Source of the DNA: Phycisphaerales bacterium
GTDB taxonomy: Bacteria; Planctomycetota; Phycisphaerae; Phycisphaerales; UBA1924
DNA length: 64,000 bases
Assembly (NCBI GenBank): GCA_965227775.1
Contig: OZ245777.1
Span: forward strand, 1,120,001 to 1,184,000
Reading direction: 5' to 3'
Under the pieces are notes generated by a model, which was not told where the DNA came from, ran no database searches, and saw nothing but the letters and a program-made list of their open reading frames with translations. The translations under genes and the position numbers were made by a program. Positions 7,546 to 16,366 of this stretch are shown piece by piece. The stretch's first letter is position 1, and each line of letters begins with the position of its first letter.

Positions 7546-10329
7546 TCAGATCGCGGCGTCATCGTTGACTAGCAGCACGACGCGGGGATTCACGAATTCG
7601 AAGTCGTCCTTGTCGCTGCCGGGCCGGGCGACCGACTCGAGCTCGAGCACGTTGCGGCCAAGCTTCAGCACGCCGGAAGGGATTCGGATGACCTGCTCGC
7701 CGAAGCCGCCGTTGTTGGGCGATTGCGCGAGCGTGGCGATCTGGCGCCCGTTGATGCGGACGGGATTGGGCGCCTGCGTGCCCTTAACCAAGAGCCGTAG
7801 CTCGGCGCCGCGCAGGGGCAGGGCGGCGTGCGCCTCGGTCATCTCGAAGGGCATTTGAAGCACCAACCCCTCGCTGCGACGCTGGAACTGGCTGTTAATG
7901 CGTCCGCTGAATTCGTCGTTGCCCAGGTGGTGCACCTCGGGTTCGTCTTCCATGACGATCACGAACGGATCGATCTTGCGGAGGCGAATGACGAACCGCC
8001 GTCCGGCCCGCAAGTCACGCTGGGCCACATTGACCGCGCCGGGTGTGTAGCCCTCGAGGCTCGCAGTCAGCGCCGCGTTGTCGGGAATCGAGTCGAATCC
8101 AAGCAGGAACGTGCCGTCGTCGGCGGAGGTGTCGGTGAGATCTGCAGTGCCCTCGAGGTCAAGCCGGACCTGCGCGCCCTGGAGCGGTTCTTCGGTCTGG
8201 TCGTCGATGACCATGCCCAGGATCTCGAAGCGGTTGGCGACGGCCTCGGGCAGTCGCAGCTCAGGCGGATCGAACTGGGCTGGCGGCAGGTCGAGCGCGA
8301 GGACCGGGTCGGGTTGCTCGTCGACCGGGGCTGCTTCCGCAACTCGATCCGAGACGTTCGCCCGCTCGACCTCCGGCGTGGCAACGGCGGCGTCGAACTC
8401 GCTCAGCGGCAAAGCCACGTCGCCGGTAAGCGGAGCGGGCACGCTGCGGGCGCGTGCCTCGGCCATCTCCAGGGGCGCATCTCCGAGTTCTTCAACATCC
8501 GCATCGGCACCATCGTCAGCGGGCAATGCGAGCGCGAGCGCCGGAGTCGCAAGCTCGGGCAAATCGAGCGATGTGCCGGACTGGGATGCGAGGTCGGTCT
8601 CCGCGGCCATCGGTTCGGCTTCCGCGACACCTTGGGATGGCGCAAATCGCGCGGCATCGACCACACTGGAGCCTTCGGTATCGACTTGGACAACCTCCGA
8701 CCCGCTCGACGCCTCGACCGTGCGCGCTTGTGGAACCGATCGGCTCTCGGCGAGCGTGGGCGAGCCGATGCCGACCTCGGCCGCCTCTGGAGCTTGGGCG
8801 GGTTGGGCGTCCGGCAACCCGATCGCCGGCGCTGGGGCCTGCAAGTCGGGCAGCGGCTGGGCGCTCGTCTCGCTCGCTTGCGTCGAGCTCGCGACGATGC
8901 GGCTCTCGCGGATGTCGGTAGCCGGCTGAATCGATGATCCTGTTGGCGCTGCTGACTGCTGCGGCTGGAAGGTGATCGACGTATCCGAGGCCGAAGCAAG
9001 CACCGCAGGCATCGCCGGCGCCTTGGTCGAAGCCTGGGACAGTGCCGCGGGCTCTGAGGAGCCACGCAGTTGCTCGGCGGCCGAGGAGCGGATGGCCGAA
9101 GATGAGAGCGCGACCTGTAAACCCTCGGTCTTTCCGGTGGGCTGCCCGGCGGTGGGGGGCACCTGCATCGCAGCGAGAAGCGCCATGAGCCCCGCGTGGA
9201 CGATCAGGCTGACGAGTGCACACTTGGCCATGAGCCCGAGTGTTGCGATGCGAGCCTGCCAATGCGCGTCTTGCACGACACGTCGCAGCAAAGCGAGCGC
9301 GAGCACGAGCGCGAGAGCCAGCAAGATCCACGGAAGCAGCGAGAGCAAGTCACCGCGCGTGGTAGTTCTTGCGAGGTACACCTCACGCGAAACCGCCCGC
9401 ATCAAGCGCGGTCCGGCACCATCGGTGAGCGCGTACTGGATCGCGAATCCTTCGAGCGCCAGCGAAGGATCTCGTTCATCAGCGGTCGTGTTGATCGAGT
9501 TACCGAGCGTGCGCACCTCCCCGTAGGTCCCGCCAGGGTTGATGCGAGCGCGATACAAGTCGGCTCCGCCTATGCCACCCTCGCGATCGGACGCGAAGTA
9601 GACGAAGTCGCCCGCGGGCGTCGTCGCCGGCCCCGTGTCGTCGGCGATGCTGCTGAGCACAAGCAGATGCGTTGCCTGGGCGCTATCGAGCGGGGCCTCG
9701 TAGAGATCGAAGTCGGTGAGGGGGTCTGGCTGGCCTTCGACGTCTCTCGGCCGATTCGACGCGAACAGGAGTGTTTCGCGTCCTTCTCGAAGCAAGGGGT
9801 GCGGGTCGGTCTCGTCGTCGCGGGTGTTGAGCGCGAGCGGCACGGGCTGGCCCCAGCGATCGCCGACGCGCTCGGACATCCATACATCGAGCCCGCCTGC
9901 GCCGCCGGGCCGGTCCGAAGCAAAGTAGAGCCGCTGGCCGTCGGCCGAGAACGACGGCGACAGTTCGTTATCGATCGTGTTCAACTCGACGAGGGCGCGC
10001 GGCTGCGTCCACGCGTCGCCCACGCGGCCGGCCACAAAGAGGTCCGAATCGCCCAGCCCGCTCGTTTGGGTCAGCACGAGCGTGTCGCCATCGGCCGAGA
10101 CGACCGGGTCTCGCCCGGTGATATCCTCGGCCGAAGTCGTCCTGAGGGGAGCCGGCGGTCGCCAGAGGATGTCGCGCACGGGCGCCTCGTGGGCGGCAGC
10201 ACGGATCGAGGCGTCATCGGTGTAGAACGCCCGTCGATCGGCGTCGAACCACCACCACGCGGCGATTACACCGCACGCGAGTGCGCCAAGCGCCAGCACG
10301 GTCAGGATGAAGCGTGAGCGCGACGGCAT
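7546..10329 (-). CDS. PD40/TolB-like beta-propeller + TM helices + Pro/Ala-rich linker + carboxypeptidase-regulatory-like and C-terminal beta domains
   Basis: Repeated PD40 motifs (SPSFSADGQRLYFASDRPGGAGGLDVW), a TM segment with SLIVH, a low-complexity linker, then GMVIDDQTEEPLQGAQV. Confidence 0.7.
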   Translation of the reverse strand: MPSRSRFILTVLALGALACGVIAAWWWFDADRRAFYTDDASIRAAAHEAPVRDILWRPPAPLRTTSAEDITGRDPVVSADGDTLVLTQTSGLGDSDLFVAGRVGDAWTQPRALVELNTIDNELSPSFSADGQRLYFASDRPGGAGGLDVWMSERVGDRWGQPVPLALNTRDDETDPHPLLREGRETLLFASNRPRDVEGQPDPLTDFDLYEAPLDSAQATHLLVLSSIADDTGPATTPAGDFVYFASDREGGIGGADLYRARINPGGTYGEVRTLGNSINTTADERDPSLALEGFAIQYALTDGAGPRLMRAVSREVYLARTTTRGDLLSLLPWILLALALVLALALLRRVVQDAHWQARIATLGLMAKCALVSLIVHAGLMALLAAMQVPPTAGQPTGKTEGLQVALSSSAIRSSAAEQLRGSSEPAALSQASTKAPAMPAVLASASDTSITFQPQQSAAPTGSSIQPATDIRESRIVASSTQASETSAQPLPDLQAPAPAIGLPDAQPAQAPEAAEVGIGSPTLAESRSVPQARTVEASSGSEVVQVDTEGSSVVDAARFAPSQGVAEAEPMAAETDLASQSGTSLDLPELATPALALALPADDGADADVEELGDAPLEMAEARARSVPAPLTGDVALPLSEFDAAVATPEVERANVSDRVAEAAPVDEQPDPVLALDLPPAQFDPPELRLPEAVANRFEILGMVIDDQTEEPLQGAQVRLDLEGTADLTDTSADDGTFLLGFDSIPDNAALTASLEGYTPGAVNVAQRDLRAGRRFVIRLRKIDPFVIVMEDEPEVHHLGNDEFSGRINSQFQRRSEGLVLQMPFEMTEAHAALPLRGAELRLLVKGTQAPNPVRINGRQIATLAQSPNNGGFGEQVIRIPSGVLKLGRNVLELESVARPGSDKDDFEFVNPRVVLLVNDDAAI

Positions 10330-10332
10330 GAC

Positions 10333-10746
10333 CTACCCCAGGGGCACCGTATCGAGGAATGGCTGCTGCACGCCCGCGGCCTTGCAGATATCGAGCACGC
10401 GTGCGATGCGACCGTAGCTGATGTCCCTGTCCCCGCGCACCGAGACCTTTTGCTCGGGATTCATGCGGACGGCGTCCGCGACGAGCGTGCGGAGCTCTTC
10501 GAGTTCCATCGCCTGGCCGCCGACGATGATCTGGCCTTGCGCGTCGATATTGATGATGATCTCGCGGAGCATGGTCGAGATTGGGCCGGCAGCCTCGGCC
10601 TCGGGCAGCGCGATGGCGAGTTCGCGCTCGCTCTGCTGATAGGTCGTCGCGACCAGGAAGAAGATCAGCAGCAGGAACACCATGTCGATGATCGGTGTCA
10701 TCTCGATCGATGGGCCCGCGTCGTCCTGCTTCTTGCCGATGAGCAT
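10333..10746 (-). CDS. exbD: ExbD/TolR family biopolymer transport protein
   Basis: Motifs IEMTPIIDMVFLLLIFFLV (conserved Asp) and VRGDRD. Confidence 0.92.
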   Translation of the reverse strand: MLIGKKQDDAGPSIEMTPIIDMVFLLLIFFLVATTYQQSERELAIALPEAEAAGPISTMLREIIINIDAQGQIIVGGQAMELEELRTLVADAVRMNPEQKVSVRGDRDISYGRIARVLDICKAAGVQQPFLDTVPLG

Positions 10747-10749
10747 GGC

Positions 10750-11490
10750 TCAGGCCTCCGCGCCAACGGCGACGGCTGGCTCGGGCTTGGGTGCGCCGTT
10801 GGAATGGGCGTCCGGGTGGTGGGGCCGGGTCTGCCGCTCCAATACGTATCGCTCGACGAAGTCCACGGCGATGCGATCGAGCTCGCGAGCCAGTCCATCC
10901 ACGCGCGAGACCAGCCAGTGGTAGAAGATGATCGTTGGGATCGCCACGAGCAGGCCCGCGGCGGTCGTGATCATCGCCTCATAGATGCCGCCGGCCAGCA
11001 ACTCTGCCTTGCCCAGGCTCTCGCCCGACATCGCCACCGTCTGGAACGCCCGGATCATGCCGAAGATGGTGCCCGTAAGGCCAAGCAGCGGCGCGATCGC
11101 CGCGATCACCGTGAGCATCCGCAGTCGCTTGCGCAGCAGGTGCAGCTCGTGCTCGCCCTGCGCCGTGAGATGCTTCTCCACGATCTCGGCGCTGTGTCCG
11201 AGCTTGTCGAGGCCAGCAGCGACGACGCGCGCGGCCGGGCTGTCGTGCTTCTTGCACGCCTCGCGTGCTTGGGTGGTTCCGCCAGACTCCATCGCCGCGT
11301 GCAGCTTCTTCTCGAAGCCGGGCGGTACCACACGCGGCCTGCGCAGCACAGCCAGCCTCTCGAGCACGACCGCGACGACGACCAGCGAGCACAGCGTGAT
11401 GGGGATCATCATCACGCCACCCTTGGTCGCCAGCTCGAACACCGACGGTGGCGCGCTCTGGGCGAGCAGCATCTGGCACGCGTGCAACAT
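10750..11490 (-). CDS. exbB: MotA/TolQ/ExbB proton channel family protein
   Basis: Motifs APLLGLTGTIFGMIRAF and GIYEAMITTAAGLLVAIP. Confidence 0.92.
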   Translation of the reverse strand: MLHACQMLLAQSAPPSVFELATKGGVMMIPITLCSLVVVAVVLERLAVLRRPRVVPPGFEKKLHAAMESGGTTQAREACKKHDSPAARVVAAGLDKLGHSAEIVEKHLTAQGEHELHLLRKRLRMLTVIAAIAPLLGLTGTIFGMIRAFQTVAMSGESLGKAELLAGGIYEAMITTAAGLLVAIPTIIFYHWLVSRVDGLARELDRIAVDFVERYVLERQTRPHHPDAHSNGAPKPEPAVAVGAEA

Positions 11491-11493
11491 CGA

Positions 11494-14400
11494 TCAGCCT
11501 CCTCGTCCGTTCGTGCGCCCACCGCCCGGTCCGGCGATGGCATCCAGGCGTTCGCCCGCAGCGACGGCCCAGGTACTCTCCGCGAATCGCTCGCGTACGG
11601 CCCGGTACTGGGCCCGGGCCTCGCCAACCTTGCCCATCGCCTCGAAGCAGCGGCCGGCCTCGTACAGCGCGGCGGCGCTCCACTGTGGTGATGCGTGCAG
11701 GATGTCGACGCGAAGCAGTTCCCGCACGGCGTCCTCGTGCTCGCCCAGCGCGAACAAGCACTCGCCCAGCTGGAATTGTGCACGCGCGGCGGTGTCGCCC
11801 TTGTGCTTGTCGGTGACGAGCCGATAGCGCTCGATGGCCTCGCGATGCTTGCCAGAGTTCTCGAGCGCCCAGCCGATGCCAAACTCGGCCAGGTACCAAC
11901 GTGGCGAGCGGGCGTGCTCGCGTCGATGCTGCTCGTAGGCTCGCTGGCTATTGCGCCAGTCTTGCGCGGCGGCGTGTGCCTCACCCAGGCGGAGCAGCGC
12001 TGCTTCGGCATCGACCTCACTGCTCTGCGCGGCCAAGGCAGCCGAGAACTGCTCGGCAGCCTCGCGACCGCGCTTGAGTACGAGCAGCGACTCACCGAGC
12101 AGGAGCGCGGCCGGGCCCCGGAGGTCCGCCATATCGCGCTCGTCGAGCAACCGAACGACGGCCCGGTGGTCTCCTAGCTGGTACCTCGCCCACGCGGCCC
12201 TGTATGCTGCGATCGCACGAACGTCATTTGGGAGCTCGTCGTTGGCCGTGAGTGGCTCTAGCAGGTCCGCGGCCTGGTCGTATCGCTTTGCGGCGATCCG
12301 CAGGTCGGCAAGGTCGATGGCAGCGTTGGGAGCCGCAGCCGAGGAGCCGCTGGCCAGTTGCTCGAGCAGCGGGGCTGCGCGATCCGCGTTTCCTGCAAGC
12401 CGCAGGCTGGTGGCCAGTGCGAACTGGTACGTCGCAAGATCGGCGGCTGAGAGACCGCGAGGTGCAAAGCCGTCGGCGGCCTCGATCGCAGCTGGGTGCT
12501 GATCTGCACGGCTGAGTGCGATGATGCGCCAGGCGCGTGCGTCGCCCTGGGCGCTCCTGAGCAGCCCGGCGGCGTCCTCTGGGCGATCGGCATTGATGAG
12601 CGCTCGCGCGCGATCGATCGCGATCTCATCGGCGAGTTCCCGGCCTCCGACTTGGGCCGCTTGCGCGTACAGACTTGCCGCCCGTTCGGCATCGCCCTGC
12701 CTCGACGCGATCGCGGCCAGGTGCCGCAGCGCGTAGGGCGTGAATCGCGTGTCGCCGTATCGCTCCAGCAACTGGGAGAATGCTCGTGCTGCCGCCCGAT
12801 CCTCACCCATAGATACGCGGGCTTGCCCAAGCTCGAAGAGCGCGTGCGCCGCGTGCTGGCTGCGCGGCCAGTTTGAGAGCAAAGCGTCGAGCGTGCGCAC
12901 GGCGTCGGCGGTCTCGCCAAGACGCAACTGCGCGAGCGCGATCTTCATCGTTGCGTCATCCGCACTCGCGCCCTCGGTGCCCACCGCGGCGACGTACTCG
13001 CCAAACCTCGCCTGCGCGTCCTGCCATCGATCGGCCGTAAACTCGATCTCGCCGAGGGCAAACAGGGCCGGCACGAAGTCTTCCGGCGTGCGCCGGCCAT
13101 CGGTCACGGCCGCAAGATGCTGTCGTGCGTCGGCCACGCGCCCCAAAACGTGCAGGCTCATCCCCAGGCGGTAGCGTGCCTGTTGCGCAAGCCGCTTGTC
13201 CTCCGCATCGAGCAGACTCTGGAAGCCCAGTGCGGCGGTCTCGAAGTCCGAGGCGCGGTACGCGGCCTCGGCGTGTACGAACTCCACTTGTCCCGCGAGC
13301 GGATGAACCCGATACTCCTGTTGAAACGCTTCGCGGGCCTGCTCTACGACGTCGAGCCGATCGGTCTCGAGCGCCAGCGATGCGCACGCGTAGAGCGCAT
13401 CGGGCTTCATCGGGTGATCTGGGTGCGCGTCGATGAACCAGACAAACTGCTGGAGCGCATCGTCCTCGTCGCCTGCCCGCTGCAGCGCAACGGCGCGGTC
13501 GTACCGCATCTCGGCGACGAGGTCGCTGTCGTTGAATCGCTCAATGGCTTGGCCGAGTCGCTCGGCGGCGTCCTCGAAACGGCCCCGTCGTAGGTCGGCC
13601 TTGGAACGCCAGTACGCGATGTCGTCTGCGAGCGCACGGTCGCCGTGCCGTGCGGCCCTGTCAAACGCTCGCGCGGCCTCGTTGGGCTCGTCGATATCTA
13701 GCAGCGCGAGGCCCAGCTCGTACTGCGCTCGGGCCGGTTGGTGGCGTGGCGATTGATCTGCGAGGGCTCGAAGCAGGTTTGCTGCTTCACCAGAGCGGCC
13801 GTCAGCTCGGTAGATCGATGCGAGCTGGAACATGGCGTCGGGCTTGGTGCGCTCGCCGGTGGAGATCGCGCGTTCGTAGGTGCTGATCGAAGCGTTGGTA
13901 TCGCCAGCGCTCCGCAGCGATGCGGCTTGTTGCAGCAGCGCCAGGTCCGATAGATCATCGCGCCCGCGCCTCGGCACCGCCTTGCCGAACCACTCCGCAG
14001 CGCGAGCGTGCTCTGCTTCGCGCTTGGCAACGGCGGACTGCGACAGGCCGGCGAAGTACGCCGCCCGGCGCGCCGAATCGGTGTTCGCTACGAGGCGGTC
14101 GGCTAAGTTGGGGTATGTCCGCACGGCGTCCCCGTGCCGACCAGCCCGGTGCAGGCTCTCGATGAGCAGGCTCGCGCTGCCGGCCCAGCCGGCGTGGTCG
14201 CGGTGGCGGAGGGCAGCGCTCGCCGCCTCGGCGGCGCGGGCGAAGTCTTTCTGACGGAAGTACAGGTGCGTGCGCAGGACGTCGGCATCGGCCCTGAACT
14301 TGAATCGTGGTCCGGTTTCCAGATCGTTCAACGCGCGGATGGCCTGCGCATCCTCGCCCAGGTTGTATCTGGCAACGGCGAGCCCGTACCGGGCCTGATC

Positions 14401-14580
14401 GCGCGCGGACGCGTCATCGAGCGAGCGGAGGGCTTGGGCATATTCGGAAGCTGCCTCTGCGTGGAGCCCGCGCTGCAGCAAGCCGTTGGCCGTGCGCAGC
14501 GACCGATCGCCATCTTGCCCCATAGCGGCGTGCGAACAAAGGACCACCATCGCGATCGCGAGCAGGTCGCGCATGCGCAC
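11494..14580 (-). CDS. Large secreted tetratricopeptide repeat protein
   Basis: Signal peptide followed by many TPR-like units (ARYGLAVARY, AQYELGLAL, AQFQLGECLF). First gene of the exbBD operon. Confidence 0.85.
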   Translation of the reverse strand: MRMRDLLAIAMVVLCSHAAMGQDGDRSLRTANGLLQRGLHAEAASEYAQALRSLDDASARDQARYGLAVARYNLGEDAQAIRALNDLETGPRFKFRADADVLRTHLYFRQKDFARAAEAASAALRHRDHAGWAGSASLLIESLHRAGRHGDAVRTYPNLADRLVANTDSARRAAYFAGLSQSAVAKREAEHARAAEWFGKAVPRRGRDDLSDLALLQQAASLRSAGDTNASISTYERAISTGERTKPDAMFQLASIYRADGRSGEAANLLRALADQSPRHQPARAQYELGLALLDIDEPNEAARAFDRAARHGDRALADDIAYWRSKADLRRGRFEDAAERLGQAIERFNDSDLVAEMRYDRAVALQRAGDEDDALQQFVWFIDAHPDHPMKPDALYACASLALETDRLDVVEQAREAFQQEYRVHPLAGQVEFVHAEAAYRASDFETAALGFQSLLDAEDKRLAQQARYRLGMSLHVLGRVADARQHLAAVTDGRRTPEDFVPALFALGEIEFTADRWQDAQARFGEYVAAVGTEGASADDATMKIALAQLRLGETADAVRTLDALLSNWPRSQHAAHALFELGQARVSMGEDRAAARAFSQLLERYGDTRFTPYALRHLAAIASRQGDAERAASLYAQAAQVGGRELADEIAIDRARALINADRPEDAAGLLRSAQGDARAWRIIALSRADQHPAAIEAADGFAPRGLSAADLATYQFALATSLRLAGNADRAAPLLEQLASGSSAAAPNAAIDLADLRIAAKRYDQAADLLEPLTANDELPNDVRAIAAYRAAWARYQLGDHRAVVRLLDERDMADLRGPAALLLGESLLVLKRGREAAEQFSAALAAQSSEVDAEAALLRLGEAHAAAQDWRNSQRAYEQHRREHARSPRWYLAEFGIGWALENSGKHREAIERYRLVTDKHKGDTAARAQFQLGECLFALGEHEDAVRELLRVDILHASPQWSAAALYEAGRCFEAMGKVGEARAQYRAVRERFAESTWAVAAGERLDAIAGPGGGRTNGRGG

Positions 14581-14799
14581 CCCTCCCGGCCTAGCCGCAC
14601 ACCGTTCTCTCCGCCCAGCGCCTCCCTGTGCCGGGCCCTCTTCTATCTGGAGTCATTGGGAGGCCACCCCTGTCGCGATTCACGAATCGCGCGAGATTTC
14701 CGGCGCGGCATGCTGCCAGACTACGAACCGCTCGCTCAGTACGTATCGCAAGCCCATGGGGCTACGCGTCTTAGGCGAGGGGCGCGCGCACAAAGAAAA

Positions 14800-15231
14800 T
14801 TATGGAAGGTTGGTGGTCGGGTGCTCGAGAACCAACGGCCCACGGCCGCGCTTACGACGCACCCAATTCAGGGGCCGATGTACCCACCTTCGGCGCACGA
14901 GCCACTTCTCGACAGCGTACTTCTTTGGGAAGTCGAGCAGGATGAACCCGGCGAAGATCGTCAGCAGGCCTTGCCCCGGCAGTACCAGCATCGCCAGGCC
15001 CCCGAGGACGAGCACGATACCAAGCAGGTTCTTGCCGATGAGCAGCGTGAGCCTGAATGAGGGAGAACGCGACGCCCAGCGCGATGGCGGGCGCGTGTCG
15101 TGAGAGAAGTAGTTCTCGGGAATCCGGACGATCAACGCCGGCATGATCGCGAGGCTCGCAACAAAGACGGCAACAGAAGCCAGGCCGAGCAGCCAGAACA
15201 ACTGCTGGTTGTCGGTGATCCACGCCGGCAC
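14800..15231 (-). CDS. PGPGW-domain-like membrane protein
   Basis: GLAMLVLPGQGLLTI motif, three hydrophobic segments and a basic tail. Confidence 0.75.
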   Translation of the reverse strand: MPAWITDNQQLFWLLGLASVAVFVASLAIMPALIVRIPENYFSHDTRPPSRWASRSPSFRLTLLIGKNLLGIVLVLGGLAMLVLPGQGLLTIFAGFILLDFPKKYAVEKWLVRRRWVHRPLNWVRRKRGRGPLVLEHPTTNLP

Positions 15232-15242
15232 ACCAAGAGAAT

Positions 15243-15276
15243 AGCGGCCGGCTGCGGGGTTCCACGGCCGGCCGCT
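15243..15276 (-). terminator. Hairpin downstream of the dockerin gene
   Basis: Inverted repeat AGCGGCCGGC...GCCGGCCGCT, followed on the minus strand by ATTCTCTT. Confidence 0.5.
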
Positions 15277-15301
15277 CTCAAGGATTTATTAGGCAGAGTG
15301 C

Positions 15302-16171
15302 TTACTCGCAACCAGCATCGAACTCGTTCTGGAACGCGAGGAAGTCGAAGATCGTCAACTCGCCGTCACCGTCGAAGTCGGCAAGGAGGTCGCCGTCGTC
15401 AAAGAGGTTCTGATACGCGAGGAAGTCGAAGATGGTTAATGAGCCGTCGCCGTCGAGGTCGACGCGGCAGCCGCCGCCAGTCATGCTGATGCGCATGGCG
15501 TTGATCATGCCCAGCGTGCTGGGGTCGGCTTGGAGGTCGAGCTGGATCGCGCCACCATCTGCCTGCACGCCATCCCAGATTAGCCAGTTGCCCGGTGTCA
15601 ATCCGTCGGATGTGCTGCCCCACGGCGTCACGACGGGTGTACCGAGGAAGGTACGGTCTGCGAGCACGCCGTTTACGTTGAAGGTATTCAAGTAATCGAA
15701 CGTGGTCCGGGCCGAGATGACCTCGACCTGGTACTCGCCGTCGGGCAGGCCCTCAAACAAGTAGGTGCCCGCAAGGCCCGTGGATAGTCCAGCACCATCG
15801 CCCGATGCCGGATGCACGTACCAGTCTTGCTCTGGAAACGTCGGGCCGTCATCGCCGACGAAGGACCGCCACTGGCCACCGAGTCCATCGACCGACACGC
15901 CCGTGGATGCGCCGGTGTTGAAGTCGATGAGGTCGAACGTGACCCCGGCGAAGTTATCTATGTTGTTCCATGCGCCTGGCAGCGTCGAGCCGCGGGCGGT
16001 GCCGAAGTCGATGCGGATGTCCAGTTCGTCGTCGTCGATGCCTGGGGCGCCGGCTGTTTGCCCAGTTGCCAATTCTTCGGTTTGGGCGGCTGGCGTCAGG
16101 TTTGGATCGTCCGACTGCGGTGAGGCCAGCACGAGGCCAGCGGCGAGAACGGTGCTCGTCAGCATGATCAT
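15302..16171 (-). CDS. Secreted protein with C-terminal GC-type dockerin-like module
   Basis: Signal peptide, beta-rich body (IDFG..., YQVEV) and C-terminal CRVDLDGDGSLTIFDFL...DAGCE. Start chosen from the GGAGA RBS. Confidence 0.8.
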   Translation of the reverse strand: MIMLTSTVLAAGLVLASPQSDDPNLTPAAQTEELATGQTAGAPGIDDDELDIRIDFGTARGSTLPGAWNNIDNFAGVTFDLIDFNTGASTGVSVDGLGGQWRSFVGDDGPTFPEQDWYVHPASGDGAGLSTGLAGTYLFEGLPDGEYQVEVISARTTFDYLNTFNVNGVLADRTFLGTPVVTPWGSTSDGLTPGNWLIWDGVQADGGAIQLDLQADPSTLGMINAMRISMTGGGCRVDLDGDGSLTIFDFLAYQNLFDDGDLLADFDGDGELTIFDFLAFQNEFDAGCE

Positions 16172-16310
16172 CGAAATGTCTCCCACGAGTTGCCGAGCCC
16201 CACGCCGCAGGACACCCCGCGGACCGGGCCCCGATCTGCAGTCAGTGTACCCGAAGTGCAGTAGATTCCGAAGCGATTTGCATTTCTTCGAAGGTGTCTC
16301 GCATCAAAGA

Positions 16311-16340
16311 CAAGCGCCGACCCCTGGGGGCCGGCGCTTG
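16311..16340 (-). terminator. Rho-independent terminator candidate
   Basis: CAAGCGCCG...CGGCGCTTG stem followed on the minus strand by TCTTTG, just after the 16367 stop. Confidence 0.6.
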
Positions 16341-16366
16341 CAAGTGGGCGTCATGCCAACACACTA

